Below, piece after piece: positions 8,579 through 17,730 of a stretch of DNA of 27,961 nucleotides. The notes beneath the pieces were generated by a model. The model saw nothing but the letters and a program-made list of their open reading frames with translations, was not told where the DNA came from and did not search any database. The DNA is from a virus. Lineage: Duplodnaviria; Caudoviricetes. A program made the translations under genes and the position numbers. Positions within the stretch are counted from its first letter, which is position 1. The number at the start of each line of letters is the position of its first letter. The DNA lies in IMG/VR virus record IMGVR_UViG_3300036855_000027, positions 1 to 27,961 of that record; one strand, written 5' to 3'.

Positions 8579-8904
8579 GCACCCTGTTCACCTCGATCGA
8601 GGTGGTCCCCAACGGCGGCGGCGAGAAGTACACCGTGGACGTCGACATGGCGACCGCGTTCGTGTGGGAGACCACCTACCCGGGACGCTCACTGGGCGAA
8701 CTGGTCGCCAAGCCGCGCATGTCGGCCCACGATATGTACGAGCTCGCCTACGTGGGCAGCAAGCGGGCGGGTAAGCCGGTCCCGAGCAAGCTCATGGAGT
8801 TCGTCGAGGCCAACGACGTGCGTTCGGCAACCCCGGTCGTGACCGAGGACCAGGCGGACGATGTGGGAAACCCTACCCACGAGGGTCCGTCCACTACAAC
8901 CTGA
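8575..8904 (+). CDS. Tail assembly chaperone (gpG-like)
   Basis: ATGA overlap; slippery G GGA AAC at 8865-8871 near the 3' end. Confidence 0.85.
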   Translation: MSTLFTSIEVVPNGGGEKYTVDVDMATAFVWETTYPGRSLGELVAKPRMSAHDMYELAYVGSKRAGKPVPSKLMEFVEANDVRSATPVVTEDQADDVGNPTHEGPSTTT

Positions 8905-9056
8905 TCTGGCTGAGCGTCGCCACTGGCATCCCGGTGAGCGAGTGGCGGCGCGAACTGCTCGACGACCCTCGTATCATGGACACAGCATTCGAAGCGTTGC
9001 AGCACCAGCACGAACGCGGAGCCCGTGGCTCGGATGACCGACAGATGAGCGGTTGA
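8575..9056 (+). CDS. Tail assembly chaperone, -1 frameshifted form (gpGT-like)
   Basis: The -1 frame after GGGAAAC reads PYPRGSVHYNLIWLSVATGIPVSEWRRELLDD...QMSG to TGA 9054-9056, filling the gap before the next gene. Confidence 0.85.
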
Positions 9057-9076
9057 TCCCGAGACAGGAGGCACGG

Positions 9077-9538
9077 ATGGCCGCGAAAGAAGGGTTCTCG
9101 GTCAAGGTCGCCGTCAAGGGGCTGAAAGAAACGCGGGCGGCGCTGGCCCTACTGCCGGAGAACGCCACCGAGGAACTCAAGGACACCTCGTTCGACCTGT
9201 CCAAGCGGATCGCGCAGACCATCAAAACAGTTGCCGCGTCGCGTGGCAGCCAGGCATCGTTGATGGCCGGCACGGTCAGTTGGGGCACCAACACCGGAAA
9301 TGACTCGATCTTCCCGGAAGTCCAAGCAGGCGGCACCAGCAAGGTCGGCCGCAACCGCAAGCCTGCCTACAAACTGCTATTCGGTAGCGAGTTCGGTGCG
9401 TTCTACCTCCACCAGTTCCCGATACGCAATCCGCGCGGCTACTGGTTTTTCCCGACCATCGACACGATGAGCGACCAAATCGCTGAGGAGTGGTCGCAGG
9501 CCGCTGACCGTGTGATCGAACAGTTCGGGGAGGAGTGA
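9077..9538 (+). CDS. HK97 gp10-like neck / tail completion protein
   Basis: RBS CAGGAGG; VKGLKETRAAL start, GSEFG, YWFFPTI motifs. Confidence 0.7.
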   Translation: MAAKEGFSVKVAVKGLKETRAALALLPENATEELKDTSFDLSKRIAQTIKTVAASRGSQASLMAGTVSWGTNTGNDSIFPEVQAGGTSKVGRNRKPAYKLLFGSEFGAFYLHQFPIRNPRGYWFFPTIDTMSDQIAEEWSQAADRVIEQFGEE

Positions 9539-11559
9539 TGGCAGGCAGCACTAAGACGATCACACTGAAGTTCACCGGCGATATCGATGACCTCGTCGCG
9601 AAGGTCGGCGAGGCCGATAGCGCGCTGAAGCTGCTGAACGACTCGGCGGGTAAAACCGACGGTTTCGACAAACTGGCTAAGGATTCCGACAAGGCCGCCA
9701 AGGACAGCACGGCATCTTGGGCGGGTGCCGCCACCAAGTGGACGTCTATCATTGTCGGCGGCCTTGCGGTGGGTGCTCCTCTCGTTGCTGGTGCTGCTAC
9801 CGCGCTAGGTGTGGCTGCGGTCGCGGCGGTCGGGGTGGCACTCGTCAAGGGAAGCGACGATGTCAAGAACTCGTGGAACGACCTGACTCAAACTTTCCTC
9901 AACGAGGGACAGCAGTCCGCGTCGGTGATCACGGGTCCGATCAGTACCGCGCTCGATGATCTGTCCACGTTGGTGGTTCGGGAAAAACCAAACCTGGACA
10001 ATTTGTTTTCCGGTGCGGCGACCGATATAGCGCCTCTGGAGCAGGGAATAGAGTCGCTTGTAGACGGTGCTATGCCGGGACTTGTGTCGTTGTTCCAGAA
10101 CTCAAAGCCGATCATCAGTGGTGTCGGCACCGTTCTGGGAGCTGTCGGTAACGCGGTCGGCACAGTGTTTCAGGACATCTCGAACAACGCGCCATTGATC
10201 GAAAAAGACCTGAATGACCTAGCGCCGACCATCCAGAATCTGGGCAGCATCCTCGGAAACCTGATCACCATCGGGTCCGAAGTGGGCACCGTGGTCAACC
10301 CGGCGCTCACCGGCTTGTCTACCCTGCTCAATGACGTCACAGAGATCGTGTCCGGCCAGTACGCCCCGAAGTACGACTACAACAACCCGATTTTCGGGAC
10401 CGGCGGTGTGGTCGGCACCATCGCGGGCAAGTTCCTCGACGACGGAAACGCCGCAGCTATAGCAAAAAAGCCGATCGACGACATGCTCACTACCATCGCG
10501 AATCTCGGTGGCGGGTCGGTCAACACGGCGGTCAACGTTGGTGACCTGACGACCGACATCACCGCGTTGAACACGTCTACCACCAACGCGAAGCAGTCAG
10601 CGCAAGCGTTCTCTGACATCCTGGCGGCGTTCGGGCAAAGCGGCCAGCAGCAAGTCAACTCCTACATCGGTGCCGCCTCGGCGGACCTCGACAACATGGC
10701 GAGCGCGTTCAAAGGTGTGGGCAAGGTAGCCGTTGACGCGGCAGGCAACTTCGATGTCACCACGAAAGCCGGGCAGGCGCTCCAAACACAGTTGGTCGGC
10801 GCGCAGTCGGATATCGGTTCTGTCGCGGGCGCGATGCGGGAGGCTCGTGACAGCACCGCCGATATCAACGACAAGGTGACGCAGTTCGACAACAACCTTG
10901 AGAAGAACCTGATGAACGATCTGCATCTGACGAAAGGTCAGGCGGATGCGCTCATCACGCAATTCGGGTTGTGGCCTAACCAGATCGACACGAAGATCGG
11001 GATCATTGATGAGGCCAGCCCGCTGGCGAAGGCTATCGGCGGCGAGATCAACAACATTCCGGACCACAACAGCCATATCACTACCGATGCTATCCAAGCG
11101 GGGGAATCGGTTCTGGGACTGTCGAACCAGATTTTCGGTCTCCCGGACGGCTACACGTCGATGTACGCCGACGTCGACCCGGCACAGTCCCAGATAAACA
11201 ACCTGATCAACAGCTACAACGGGCGCCGGATCACCCTGGCGGTCAACGCGGTCACCAACCTGGCGCAGTCGGCCATCAACGCGGTCACCGGCGGCCGTGC
11301 CACAGGTGGCCCCGTCTGGCGCGGAAACTCCTACCTGGTCGGCGAGAACGGCCCGGAGTGGTTCACCCCGAACGCGTCCGGGTCGATCACCTCGAATTCT
11401 GACACCGCCAACGGGGCAGGCGCGGCGAGCAGCAGCGACAGCGGGGTAACGGTCACCGGGGACATCATCATCCCGGTCGACCTCGGCAACGGGATCAAGC
11501 AGGTCATCCGACTCAGTAACGCCGATCTCGCGCGTCAGGTGAAAGCGATGGGCCGATGA
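9538..11559 (+). CDS. Tape measure protein
   Basis: Longest tail ORF; KTITLKFTGD start; Ala/Gly-rich hydrophobic segment; C-terminal RATGGPV...YLVGENGPEWFTP motif. Alternative GTG start at 9535. Confidence 0.92.
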   Translation: MAGSTKTITLKFTGDIDDLVAKVGEADSALKLLNDSAGKTDGFDKLAKDSDKAAKDSTASWAGAATKWTSIIVGGLAVGAPLVAGAATALGVAAVAAVGVALVKGSDDVKNSWNDLTQTFLNEGQQSASVITGPISTALDDLSTLVVREKPNLDNLFSGAATDIAPLEQGIESLVDGAMPGLVSLFQNSKPIISGVGTVLGAVGNAVGTVFQDISNNAPLIEKDLNDLAPTIQNLGSILGNLITIGSEVGTVVNPALTGLSTLLNDVTEIVSGQYAPKYDYNNPIFGTGGVVGTIAGKFLDDGNAAAIAKKPIDDMLTTIANLGGGSVNTAVNVGDLTTDITALNTSTTNAKQSAQAFSDILAAFGQSGQQQVNSYIGAASADLDNMASAFKGVGKVAVDAAGNFDVTTKAGQALQTQLVGAQSDIGSVAGAMREARDSTADINDKVTQFDNNLEKNLMNDLHLTKGQADALITQFGLWPNQIDTKIGIIDEASPLAKAIGGEINNIPDHNSHITTDAIQAGESVLGLSNQIFGLPDGYTSMYADVDPAQSQINNLINSYNGRRITLAVNAVTNLAQSAINAVTGGRATGGPVWRGNSYLVGENGPEWFTPNASGSITSNSDTANGAGAASSSDSGVTVTGDIIIPVDLGNGIKQVIRLSNADLARQVKAMGR

Positions 11560-12944
11560 GCATCACAGCCACCTACACCGACGCGGACGCCAAGGTCACC
11601 GTCGCGGTCACCAGCGCACCAGCGAACGCGTCCACGGTGCTGCTGGAACGCAGCACCAACAAGGTCAACTGGACAGCGGTGCGCGGGGCACAGCCGTTCA
11701 CCCTCACCGCAGGGGCGGTCAGCCAGGACGACTGGGAATTCACCGACGGCGTCGTGAACTACTACCGCGCCACCTACTACGACAGCTCGACCCCGGCGAC
11801 GGTCGGCAGCCCGGCCGCGGCCACCGTGACCACCTCGGCAGGCGCGTCCGCCACTGTCACACCGAGCATGCCGACGGGGCTCGGTCTCGGCGATGTGGTG
11901 TTCGTGGCCGTCGCCAACACCAAAGCCACCGCGACGGTGGGTGCCGCGCCCACCGGATGGAACCTGGTCGCGGTCGACGCGGACGGTCTAGGCCTCTACA
12001 CCGCCGACTGGACCGCCTCCCTGACGATGCCTGCGTTCAGCGTGACCGGGCTGGCCAGCGGCGACAAGGTCGTCGGCAAGGCGTTCGCCTACCGCAACGT
12101 CACGGTCGGTGCTGCGAACGTCCAGGCGCAGGTGAACGCGTCCGCCGCGAACATCGCCTACCCGGCGTTCGGTGCACTGCCCGGCTCACTGAACCTCGGC
12201 CCGATGGTCGTGTTCCAGCGCTCCACCCACACCTCGGTCAGCCCCGTGGCCACCTACGACGATCACGCCACCGGCTACGCGATCATGGTCTATGCGGAGA
12301 ACCCGGCGACCACCGTCGGCGGAACGATCACCGTCACCGGTGGTTCGGCGGCCACGTCGAGTGTGATCCAGGCGAACCTGTCCGCGCGCGCGTTCTCCTC
12401 GCAGGAAACCGGCACGGTGACCCCGGCACTGTCCACGACGTGGATCAAGGACCCGTTGGCGCCGTACCTCAACCGCAAGATCACACCGATCAGCGTCGAC
12501 CCGGTCACCAATCCGGCACGGTCGGCCACCTTCGACATCATCGCCCGCACTAACCCGGTCGCGGTCACCGACCTCTACGGCTCCCGCCAAACCGCGCTCC
12601 AGCTGCGCACCGTCGATCCGGTGACCATGCAGGATCTGCACGACTGCCTGATGAGCGGCCACGTCCAGTTCGTGCACGCGCCTGCGGGAGCCCGGACACC
12701 GACCGGCTACTTCGTGCTCGGCGACCTCACTGTGTCCTACCCGGCGCAGACCAGCAGCGTCCGGTACCTGGACTTGAAACTGACCGAGGTGGCCGCACCG
12801 GACCCGTCGCTGGCCGGGGTGATCGGCACCTGGAACACGGTGATCAGTACCTACGCCACCTGGGCCGATCTTGTCGCCGCCAAAGCCACGTGGGCTGACG
12901 TGCTGCTGCTGGTCGGCTCGCCTACCGAGATCATCACGGACTGA
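11556..12944 (+). CDS. Minor tail protein (distal-tail/Dit-like) with central insertion
   Basis: First gene after the tape measure; VRGA...DDWEF...YYRA N-terminus, WIKDP...LN C-domain, TW repeats at the end. Confidence 0.75.
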   Translation: MSITATYTDADAKVTVAVTSAPANASTVLLERSTNKVNWTAVRGAQPFTLTAGAVSQDDWEFTDGVVNYYRATYYDSSTPATVGSPAAATVTTSAGASATVTPSMPTGLGLGDVVFVAVANTKATATVGAAPTGWNLVAVDADGLGLYTADWTASLTMPAFSVTGLASGDKVVGKAFAYRNVTVGAANVQAQVNASAANIAYPAFGALPGSLNLGPMVVFQRSTHTSVSPVATYDDHATGYAIMVYAENPATTVGGTITVTGGSAATSSVIQANLSARAFSSQETGTVTPALSTTWIKDPLAPYLNRKITPISVDPVTNPARSATFDIIARTNPVAVTDLYGSRQTALQLRTVDPVTMQDLHDCLMSGHVQFVHAPAGARTPTGYFVLGDLTVSYPAQTSSVRYLDLKLTEVAAPDPSLAGVIGTWNTVISTYATWADLVAAKATWADVLLLVGSPTEIITD

Positions 12945-12955
12945 GGGGGGGGGGG
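12945..12955 (+). repeat. Poly-G (G11) tract in intergenic ribosome-binding region
   Basis: TGA-GGGGGGGGGGG-TCGC-ATG read directly from the sequence. Confidence 0.95.
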
Positions 12956-12959
12956 TCGC

Positions 12960-14078
12960 ATGCGTCCAGTCACCGCCGCGTTCCTCAAGGGCGTGGGCAG
13001 CAGCCACGCGATGGCCTCGCGCGCGACCGTGGTCGCACCGGGGCAGCACGGTGTCACGCCGACCGGCACGCCGGTGCCGATCGGGTCGGCGTCGATGACG
13101 TTCGACTCGACACGGCAAGTGCTCGGCGCTGGCAGCCTCACCACATCGCAGAACTGGCCGGCCAGCCTCACCGACTTGCTCACCCCGTTCGGCAACGAGG
13201 TGTTCCTGGAACGCGGCCTGGTGCACGGCGGCGGTTCCGTGGAGTGGGTGTCGCTCGGGTACTTCCGGATCAACCAGGCACAGCAGCAGGATGCGCCGTC
13301 CGGCGCGGTGGATCTGGAGTTCTCCGACCGGATGCAGAACGTGGTGGACGCGCGGATCCCGATCCCGCTCACCTTCGCAGCGGGCAGCACGATCACCTCG
13401 ATCATCGAGTCTCTGGTGACCGACTGCTATACGGGCGCGACGTTCGACATCGACACGAGCCTAGCCACCGCGACCACCAACGCCGCGCAGACCACCGCCG
13501 ACGACCGGTACGGGTTCATCGACAACTTGGTCACCAGCTACGGCATGATCTGGTATTGGGACTACCGGGGCGTGCTCGTGGTGAAACCGCCGCCGGACCC
13601 GGACACGCCATTGGTCACGCTCAAGAGCGGCCGGGACGGCGTGCTGGTGCGTCAGACCGTGGCGCGCACCCTGGGTCGTGACGGCGTCTACTCGGGATGT
13701 GTCGCGAGTGGACAGCAGGCGACCGACGCGGCGCCTCCGACCGCGTTGATCGTCGACAACAACCCGAACTCGCCGACGTACTGGTATGGGAACTTCGGGA
13801 AAATACCGCAGTTCTTCAGCTCGTCGTTCTTGCAGACCGAGCCGCAATGCGAGACGGCGGCCACCTCGATCATGCTCAAGTCCACTGGCGTGTCCTACGA
13901 GGTCGACTTCGGCATGGTCCCGAACCCGGCACTGGAGGTGTGGGACCCGGTCGCGGTGCAACTGCCGAACCTGCTGGAAACGCACGTGATCAAGCAAATC
14001 CAAATCGGGCTCGCCGCGTCGGACCCGATGACCGCGCAGACCAAACAACTGGTGGGAGGGATCTTCAGTGCCGTATGA
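12960..14078 (+). CDS. Minor tail protein (baseplate hub, DUF5047-like)
   Basis: MRPVT..FL..V.SSH start, LTPFGNEVFLERG, EWVSLGYFRI, SPTYWYGNFG, PNPALE motifs. Confidence 0.85.
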   Translation: MRPVTAAFLKGVGSSHAMASRATVVAPGQHGVTPTGTPVPIGSASMTFDSTRQVLGAGSLTTSQNWPASLTDLLTPFGNEVFLERGLVHGGGSVEWVSLGYFRINQAQQQDAPSGAVDLEFSDRMQNVVDARIPIPLTFAAGSTITSIIESLVTDCYTGATFDIDTSLATATTNAAQTTADDRYGFIDNLVTSYGMIWYWDYRGVLVVKPPPDPDTPLVTLKSGRDGVLVRQTVARTLGRDGVYSGCVASGQQATDAAPPTALIVDNNPNSPTYWYGNFGKIPQFFSSSFLQTEPQCETAATSIMLKSTGVSYEVDFGMVPNPALEVWDPVAVQLPNLLETHVIKQIQIGLAASDPMTAQTKQLVGGIFSAV

Positions 14079-14739
14079 CATCGCCAGCCTGTTCGGACCC
14101 GACCCGGAGGGCATGGGCATCCCGCCCAAGATCGTGCAAGGCCAGATCGTCACCTTCGACACCGCGACCGGCCACAACACGGTCAGCGTCATGGGCGCGA
14201 CCCTGACCGATGTTCCGATGCTGGCCACCGGCGCGGAGATCCTGTACACCGCAGGCGACCCGGTGATGCTGCTCGTCATCGGCAACACGTACTCGCTGCT
14301 GGGCAAGGTGGTGTCGGCAGGCAGCACCCGGTATGCGGGCGCCACCGTGTCGGCGGCGGCCAACGGAAACTCGGCGAGCAACTTCGCGGTAGGCACCTCC
14401 ACGGCCGCGCTGGCCACCGCGTCGATCGCGGTCCCGACGTGGGCCACCAAGGCAGCGGTGACCATCTACGCCATCGCGGTCACACACGACGTCGGGGCTA
14501 CCGACCGCGACGTGATCGTGACCGCCGAGATGAACGGCAACCTGGTCAGTGACGCGACGTACTACGGCGCCCACACCCACACCTGTGAGGGATTCACCGG
14601 CGGCTCCTTCATCTGGTCGCTGTCCGGGGAAACGCAGCTGTCGGCAACGGTCGCTGTGTCGCTGGCGTCCGGCTCTATCGCGACCAACGCCAGCAACTAC
14701 GCCCAGGTCAACATCCTGGCCAACTACTACAAGTCCTAA
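14068..14739 (+). CDS. Minor tail protein
   Basis: RBS GGGAGGG; N-terminal QGQIVTFD...NTVSVMGATL...GDPVML OB-fold-like segment followed by a beta-rich domain. Confidence 0.75.
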   Translation: MPYDIASLFGPDPEGMGIPPKIVQGQIVTFDTATGHNTVSVMGATLTDVPMLATGAEILYTAGDPVMLLVIGNTYSLLGKVVSAGSTRYAGATVSAAANGNSASNFAVGTSTAALATASIAVPTWATKAAVTIYAIAVTHDVGATDRDVIVTAEMNGNLVSDATYYGAHTHTCEGFTGGSFIWSLSGETQLSATVAVSLASGSIATNASNYAQVNILANYYKS

Positions 14740-14753
14740 AAGGAGGAACGGCC

Positions 14754-15386
14754 ATGCCTGCATCGACACCGAACTTCAACTGGCCATACCAACTGCTGAC
14801 CGATCCTCCCAACGGTGCCACGCTGGGACAGAGCGGTTTCGACGCGGCGGACGCATCATTGGCGGCGGAAGCATCGACGCGCGCGGCGGCAGACACAGCC
14901 CTGTCCAACAGCATCACCTCACTGACCGGCACCGTGAACGCCGCCGGTCTCGGCATGATGGCGACTCCGTTCGAGGACACCAGCGGTCCGAATAACCCCC
15001 TCACCACCGAGGTGAAGATCGGGCAGATCACGTTCACTGCGGTGGCCGGGCGCCGCTACCTGGCCAACGCATGTGGGGCACTCACCAACAGCGGTGCCGG
15101 GTATGCCAGCGCGTTCAGCCTGCGATGGAACGCCAGCTCGAACGTCACTGTCGCCAACGGAACCCAGTTTCTCGTGATCCAGAACTCTGCCATCCAGTTC
15201 ACCCAGTACGTTTCCGGCCAGCGCCAGCTGAAGACGAGCGGCACAGGCGCGAACGTCATCGGCACCGGCACGATCTCGGTCGGCGTGTTCGCTGTCCAGC
15301 AGGCCGCCGGGTCGGGCGGCTCGTGCAGCTGGGGCAACGGTGCGATCCAGCCAACCACGCTAACCGTCGAGGACGTCGGGACCTGA
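14754..15386 (+). CDS. Tail fibre / receptor-binding-like protein
   Basis: RBS AGGAGG; MPASTPNFNWPY...D.P N-terminal anchor, short coiled coil, FTAVAGRRY, C-terminal LTVEDVG. Confidence 0.7.
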   Translation: MPASTPNFNWPYQLLTDPPNGATLGQSGFDAADASLAAEASTRAAADTALSNSITSLTGTVNAAGLGMMATPFEDTSGPNNPLTTEVKIGQITFTAVAGRRYLANACGALTNSGAGYASAFSLRWNASSNVTVANGTQFLVIQNSAIQFTQYVSGQRQLKTSGTGANVIGTGTISVGVFAVQQAAGSGGSCSWGNGAIQPTTLTVEDVGT

Positions 15387-15398
15387 GAGGGAGTGACC

Positions 15399-15677
15399 AT
15401 GCAGTTGTCGGACGTGCTCACTGTGATCGGCATCGGCGTGCCGCTGGCCGTCGGATGGGCGGTCTGGACACTGCGCACGGCGTTCCGTGTTCAGGCGCTC
15501 AAGGCTGAAGTCCTGAAATGGAAAACCGCCTACGAGAGCGAGAAAACCAGGTCGGATGCGTTGGCTCGTCGCGACGATGAGGAACGCGTCGCGACGTTGA
15601 ACGCGAACAAGCTGGTCGATGTGTTGGTGTCGGTCGGGGTCATTCCGCGGTCGCCTCGTCCGGAGGTGGTGTCATGA
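15399..15677 (+). CDS. Membrane protein with coiled-coil tail (lysis cassette)
   Basis: N-terminal transmembrane segment then WKTAYESEK coiled coil; RBS GAGGGAG. Confidence 0.7.
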   Translation: MQLSDVLTVIGIGVPLAVGWAVWTLRTAFRVQALKAEVLKWKTAYESEKTRSDALARRDDEERVATLNANKLVDVLVSVGVIPRSPRPEVVS

Positions 15678-15895
15678 ACCGGTTGCGGGAGTGGTGGAGG
15701 GTGGTGGTCGGGAAGGACGACGCGCCGGTCACCGACGAGGCCCGGGAGGCGGTGGCAGGTTCGGCGCAGCGGGCCGAGGATGCGACGCGGCAGGCGGATG
15801 ACATGGCCCGCACTGTCGCACCGTTGCGGGATGCTTTGCGGCACAACCATTTCGAGGATGCGGTGCGGGCGACGTTCGTTCGGAGGCCGGTGTGA
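15674..15895 (+). CDS. Hypothetical protein (lysis cassette)
   Basis: ATGA overlap, RBS GGAGGTGG; helical protein with RHNHFE C-terminal motif. Confidence 0.7.
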   Translation: MNRLREWWRVVVGKDDAPVTDEAREAVAGSAQRAEDATRQADDMARTVAPLRDALRHNHFEDAVRATFVRRPV

Positions 15896-16197
15896 CTATT
15901 CCCGTGATTCTCAGCGGCGCGATGGTGGTCGCCGCGCTCATTCTGCTGTGGACCTACACCGCCGGGAACGCGTGGTGGCGATCGCGGGTCGGCCGCGCGC
16001 TGGTGACGCTCGCGGCGGCGATCGTGTTCATCGAGGTGTACTCGGCGTTGCGCAGGCTGCTGGACTGGCCGTCGTGGACGAGCCAGGTCGAGCAGGGCAT
16101 CATCCTGGTCGCGCTGATTCTGTTGGATGTGGCGTTCCTGCGTGAGCGGCGTGAGCAGCGACGCCGCCAATCCGCGCGACGGGACGGTGCATCATGA
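15892..16197 (+). CDS. Putative holin
   Basis: Three hydrophobic segments, WWRSRVGRAL motif, basic C-terminus; directly upstream of endolysin. Confidence 0.7.
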   Translation: MTIPVILSGAMVVAALILLWTYTAGNAWWRSRVGRALVTLAAAIVFIEVYSALRRLLDWPSWTSQVEQGIILVALILLDVAFLRERREQRRRQSARRDGAS

Positions 16198-17105
16198 CCG
16201 TCTGGGTGGACTATTCGGGCGGCCGACCGGGTGGCGCGGCGTTGAAGGCCGCAGGCATCACTGGGGCGATCCGGTATGTGTCGGCGGGCAGCGCGGGGAA
16301 GCTGATCACCGCAGCCGAGTACGCCGACTTGGTCGCGCACGGCCTGCAGGTGCTGCTCGTCTACGAGCTCGGCGTGCACGACGCCGAGGGCGGCTACACG
16401 CAGGGCGCGGCGCACGCGCAGGCCGCGCTCTCGACCGCCCGCGCCTACGGCATCCCCGACAGCGTGGGCATCGCAGCCGCGGCCGACGAGCATCTCACCG
16501 CCGGGCAGGTTCCGGCCGCGGCCGACTACGTGCGCGGGTTCCGCGATGTCCTCGGGCAGGCCCGGACGGGCGCGTACGGGTTCGAGGAGTTCATCACCGC
16601 GGTCCATGCGGCTGGCTGGGCGTCCTGGCATTGGAAGTGCGGGAGCGCGCCGACCGCGGCTGAGCGTGCGTGGGTGACGTTCTGGCAGCGCAACACTGGC
16701 CAAACCACGCAGACCATCAACGGGGTCGTGTGCGACCTCAACGACCAGATCAACCCGATCGGAGACGACATGCCCCTGACCAACGACGACATCGCAGCCA
16801 TCTGGGCTTACCAGTTCGGCGGCTCCGACCCGCTCAACAACCAGGCGCCGATGGACGCCATCGCCGCCAAGGACTGGATGGCCACCACCAACCGGTGGGC
16901 GAACGCCGGATACGTTCAGGCAGCCGCGGTCAATGGTGCTCTGCCCGGTGTGATCGCGGCCGTTGTCGCTGCGGTGCCCGCGCAGGGCAGCGTGGTGTCC
17001 CCGGCGCAGATGGCCGACCTGGAAGCCAAGCTGATTGCGGCGCTCCCGGAAGGCTGGGATGTCGCGATCACCCCGAAGTCCGGCCCGGTCTCGGCCGGGA
17101 ACTGA
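16194..17105 (+). CDS. Endolysin, DUF1906 (GH25-like, Rv2525c-like) catalytic domain
   Basis: VDYS, AIRYVS, KLITAAE, LVYE, GAYG, WQ, CDLND motifs; separate C-terminal domain after GDDMP. Confidence 0.88.
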   Translation: MTVWVDYSGGRPGGAALKAAGITGAIRYVSAGSAGKLITAAEYADLVAHGLQVLLVYELGVHDAEGGYTQGAAHAQAALSTARAYGIPDSVGIAAAADEHLTAGQVPAAADYVRGFRDVLGQARTGAYGFEEFITAVHAAGWASWHWKCGSAPTAAERAWVTFWQRNTGQTTQTINGVVCDLNDQINPIGDDMPLTNDDIAAIWAYQFGGSDPLNNQAPMDAIAAKDWMATTNRWANAGYVQAAAVNGALPGVIAAVVAAVPAQGSVVSPAQMADLEAKLIAALPEGWDVAITPKSGPVSAGN

Positions 17106-17119
17106 AGAAAGGAACGATC

Positions 17120-17401
17120 ATGAGTTCGATCAGTGAACTGGCCAAGGACGTCGAGGTCAAGTTCGAGGAGTTGTGGACCAAGCTGATCCCGCACGTCGTG
17201 CCCGAGGCGATCGGGGACGTGCAGGCGCTCGTCGCGGACGCGAAGGGTCAGGCCAGCCAGCTCGTGCAGGAGGCTGTCGCGGACGGCACGAAGGACGTGG
17301 CGACCGCGGTGGGCGACGGCGAGCAGGTCGTGAAGGACGCCGAGCAGGCCCTCACCGAGGCCGCGCCGGTCGAGGCGGACAACGCACCGAAGGGCAAGTG
17401 A
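17120..17401 (+). CDS. Acidic helical hypothetical protein
   Basis: RBS AAAGGA, ATG 17120, 93 aa, typical high-GC codon usage. Confidence 0.75.
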   Translation: MSSISELAKDVEVKFEELWTKLIPHVVPEAIGDVQALVADAKGQASQLVQEAVADGTKDVATAVGDGEQVVKDAEQALTEAAPVEADNAPKGK

Positions 17402-17730
17402 TCCACGTGGTACCCAGCGTCGGACGTATCGTCCACTACCGACTGGCCGACATGGATGTCGAACAGATCAACAAGCGCCGTGCCGACGCCAGCAATCTCA
17501 ACGCCGCTGGCGTGACCCTGGCCAGCCAGGAACTCGGTGCGCAGATCCACCACGGCAATCAGGTCTCGGCGGGCGACATCTACCCGATGGTGATCGTTCG
17601 CGTGTGGGGCAGCACCCCGGAGTCCTGCGTCAACGGCCAGGTGCTGCTGGACGGGAACGACGCTCTCTGGGTGACATCGCGGTCGCAGGGCAGCGGCGAA
17701 GCCCAGTGGGCCGCGCCGGAGCGCGTGTGA
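17398..17730 (+). CDS. Hypothetical phage protein (PSVGRIVHY type)
   Basis: GTGA overlap; PSVGRIVHY, PMVIVRVW, VNGQVLLDGND motifs. Confidence 0.75.
   Translation: MIHVVPSVGRIVHYRLADMDVEQINKRRADASNLNAAGVTLASQELGAQIHHGNQVSAGDIYPMVIVRVWGSTPESCVNGQVLLDGNDALWVTSRSQGSGEAQWAAPERV

Noticed and set aside
14068-15386. Diversity-generating retroelement or invertible tail-fibre cassette
   Set aside because: No reverse transcriptase, invertase or duplicated template repeat was seen in the window.
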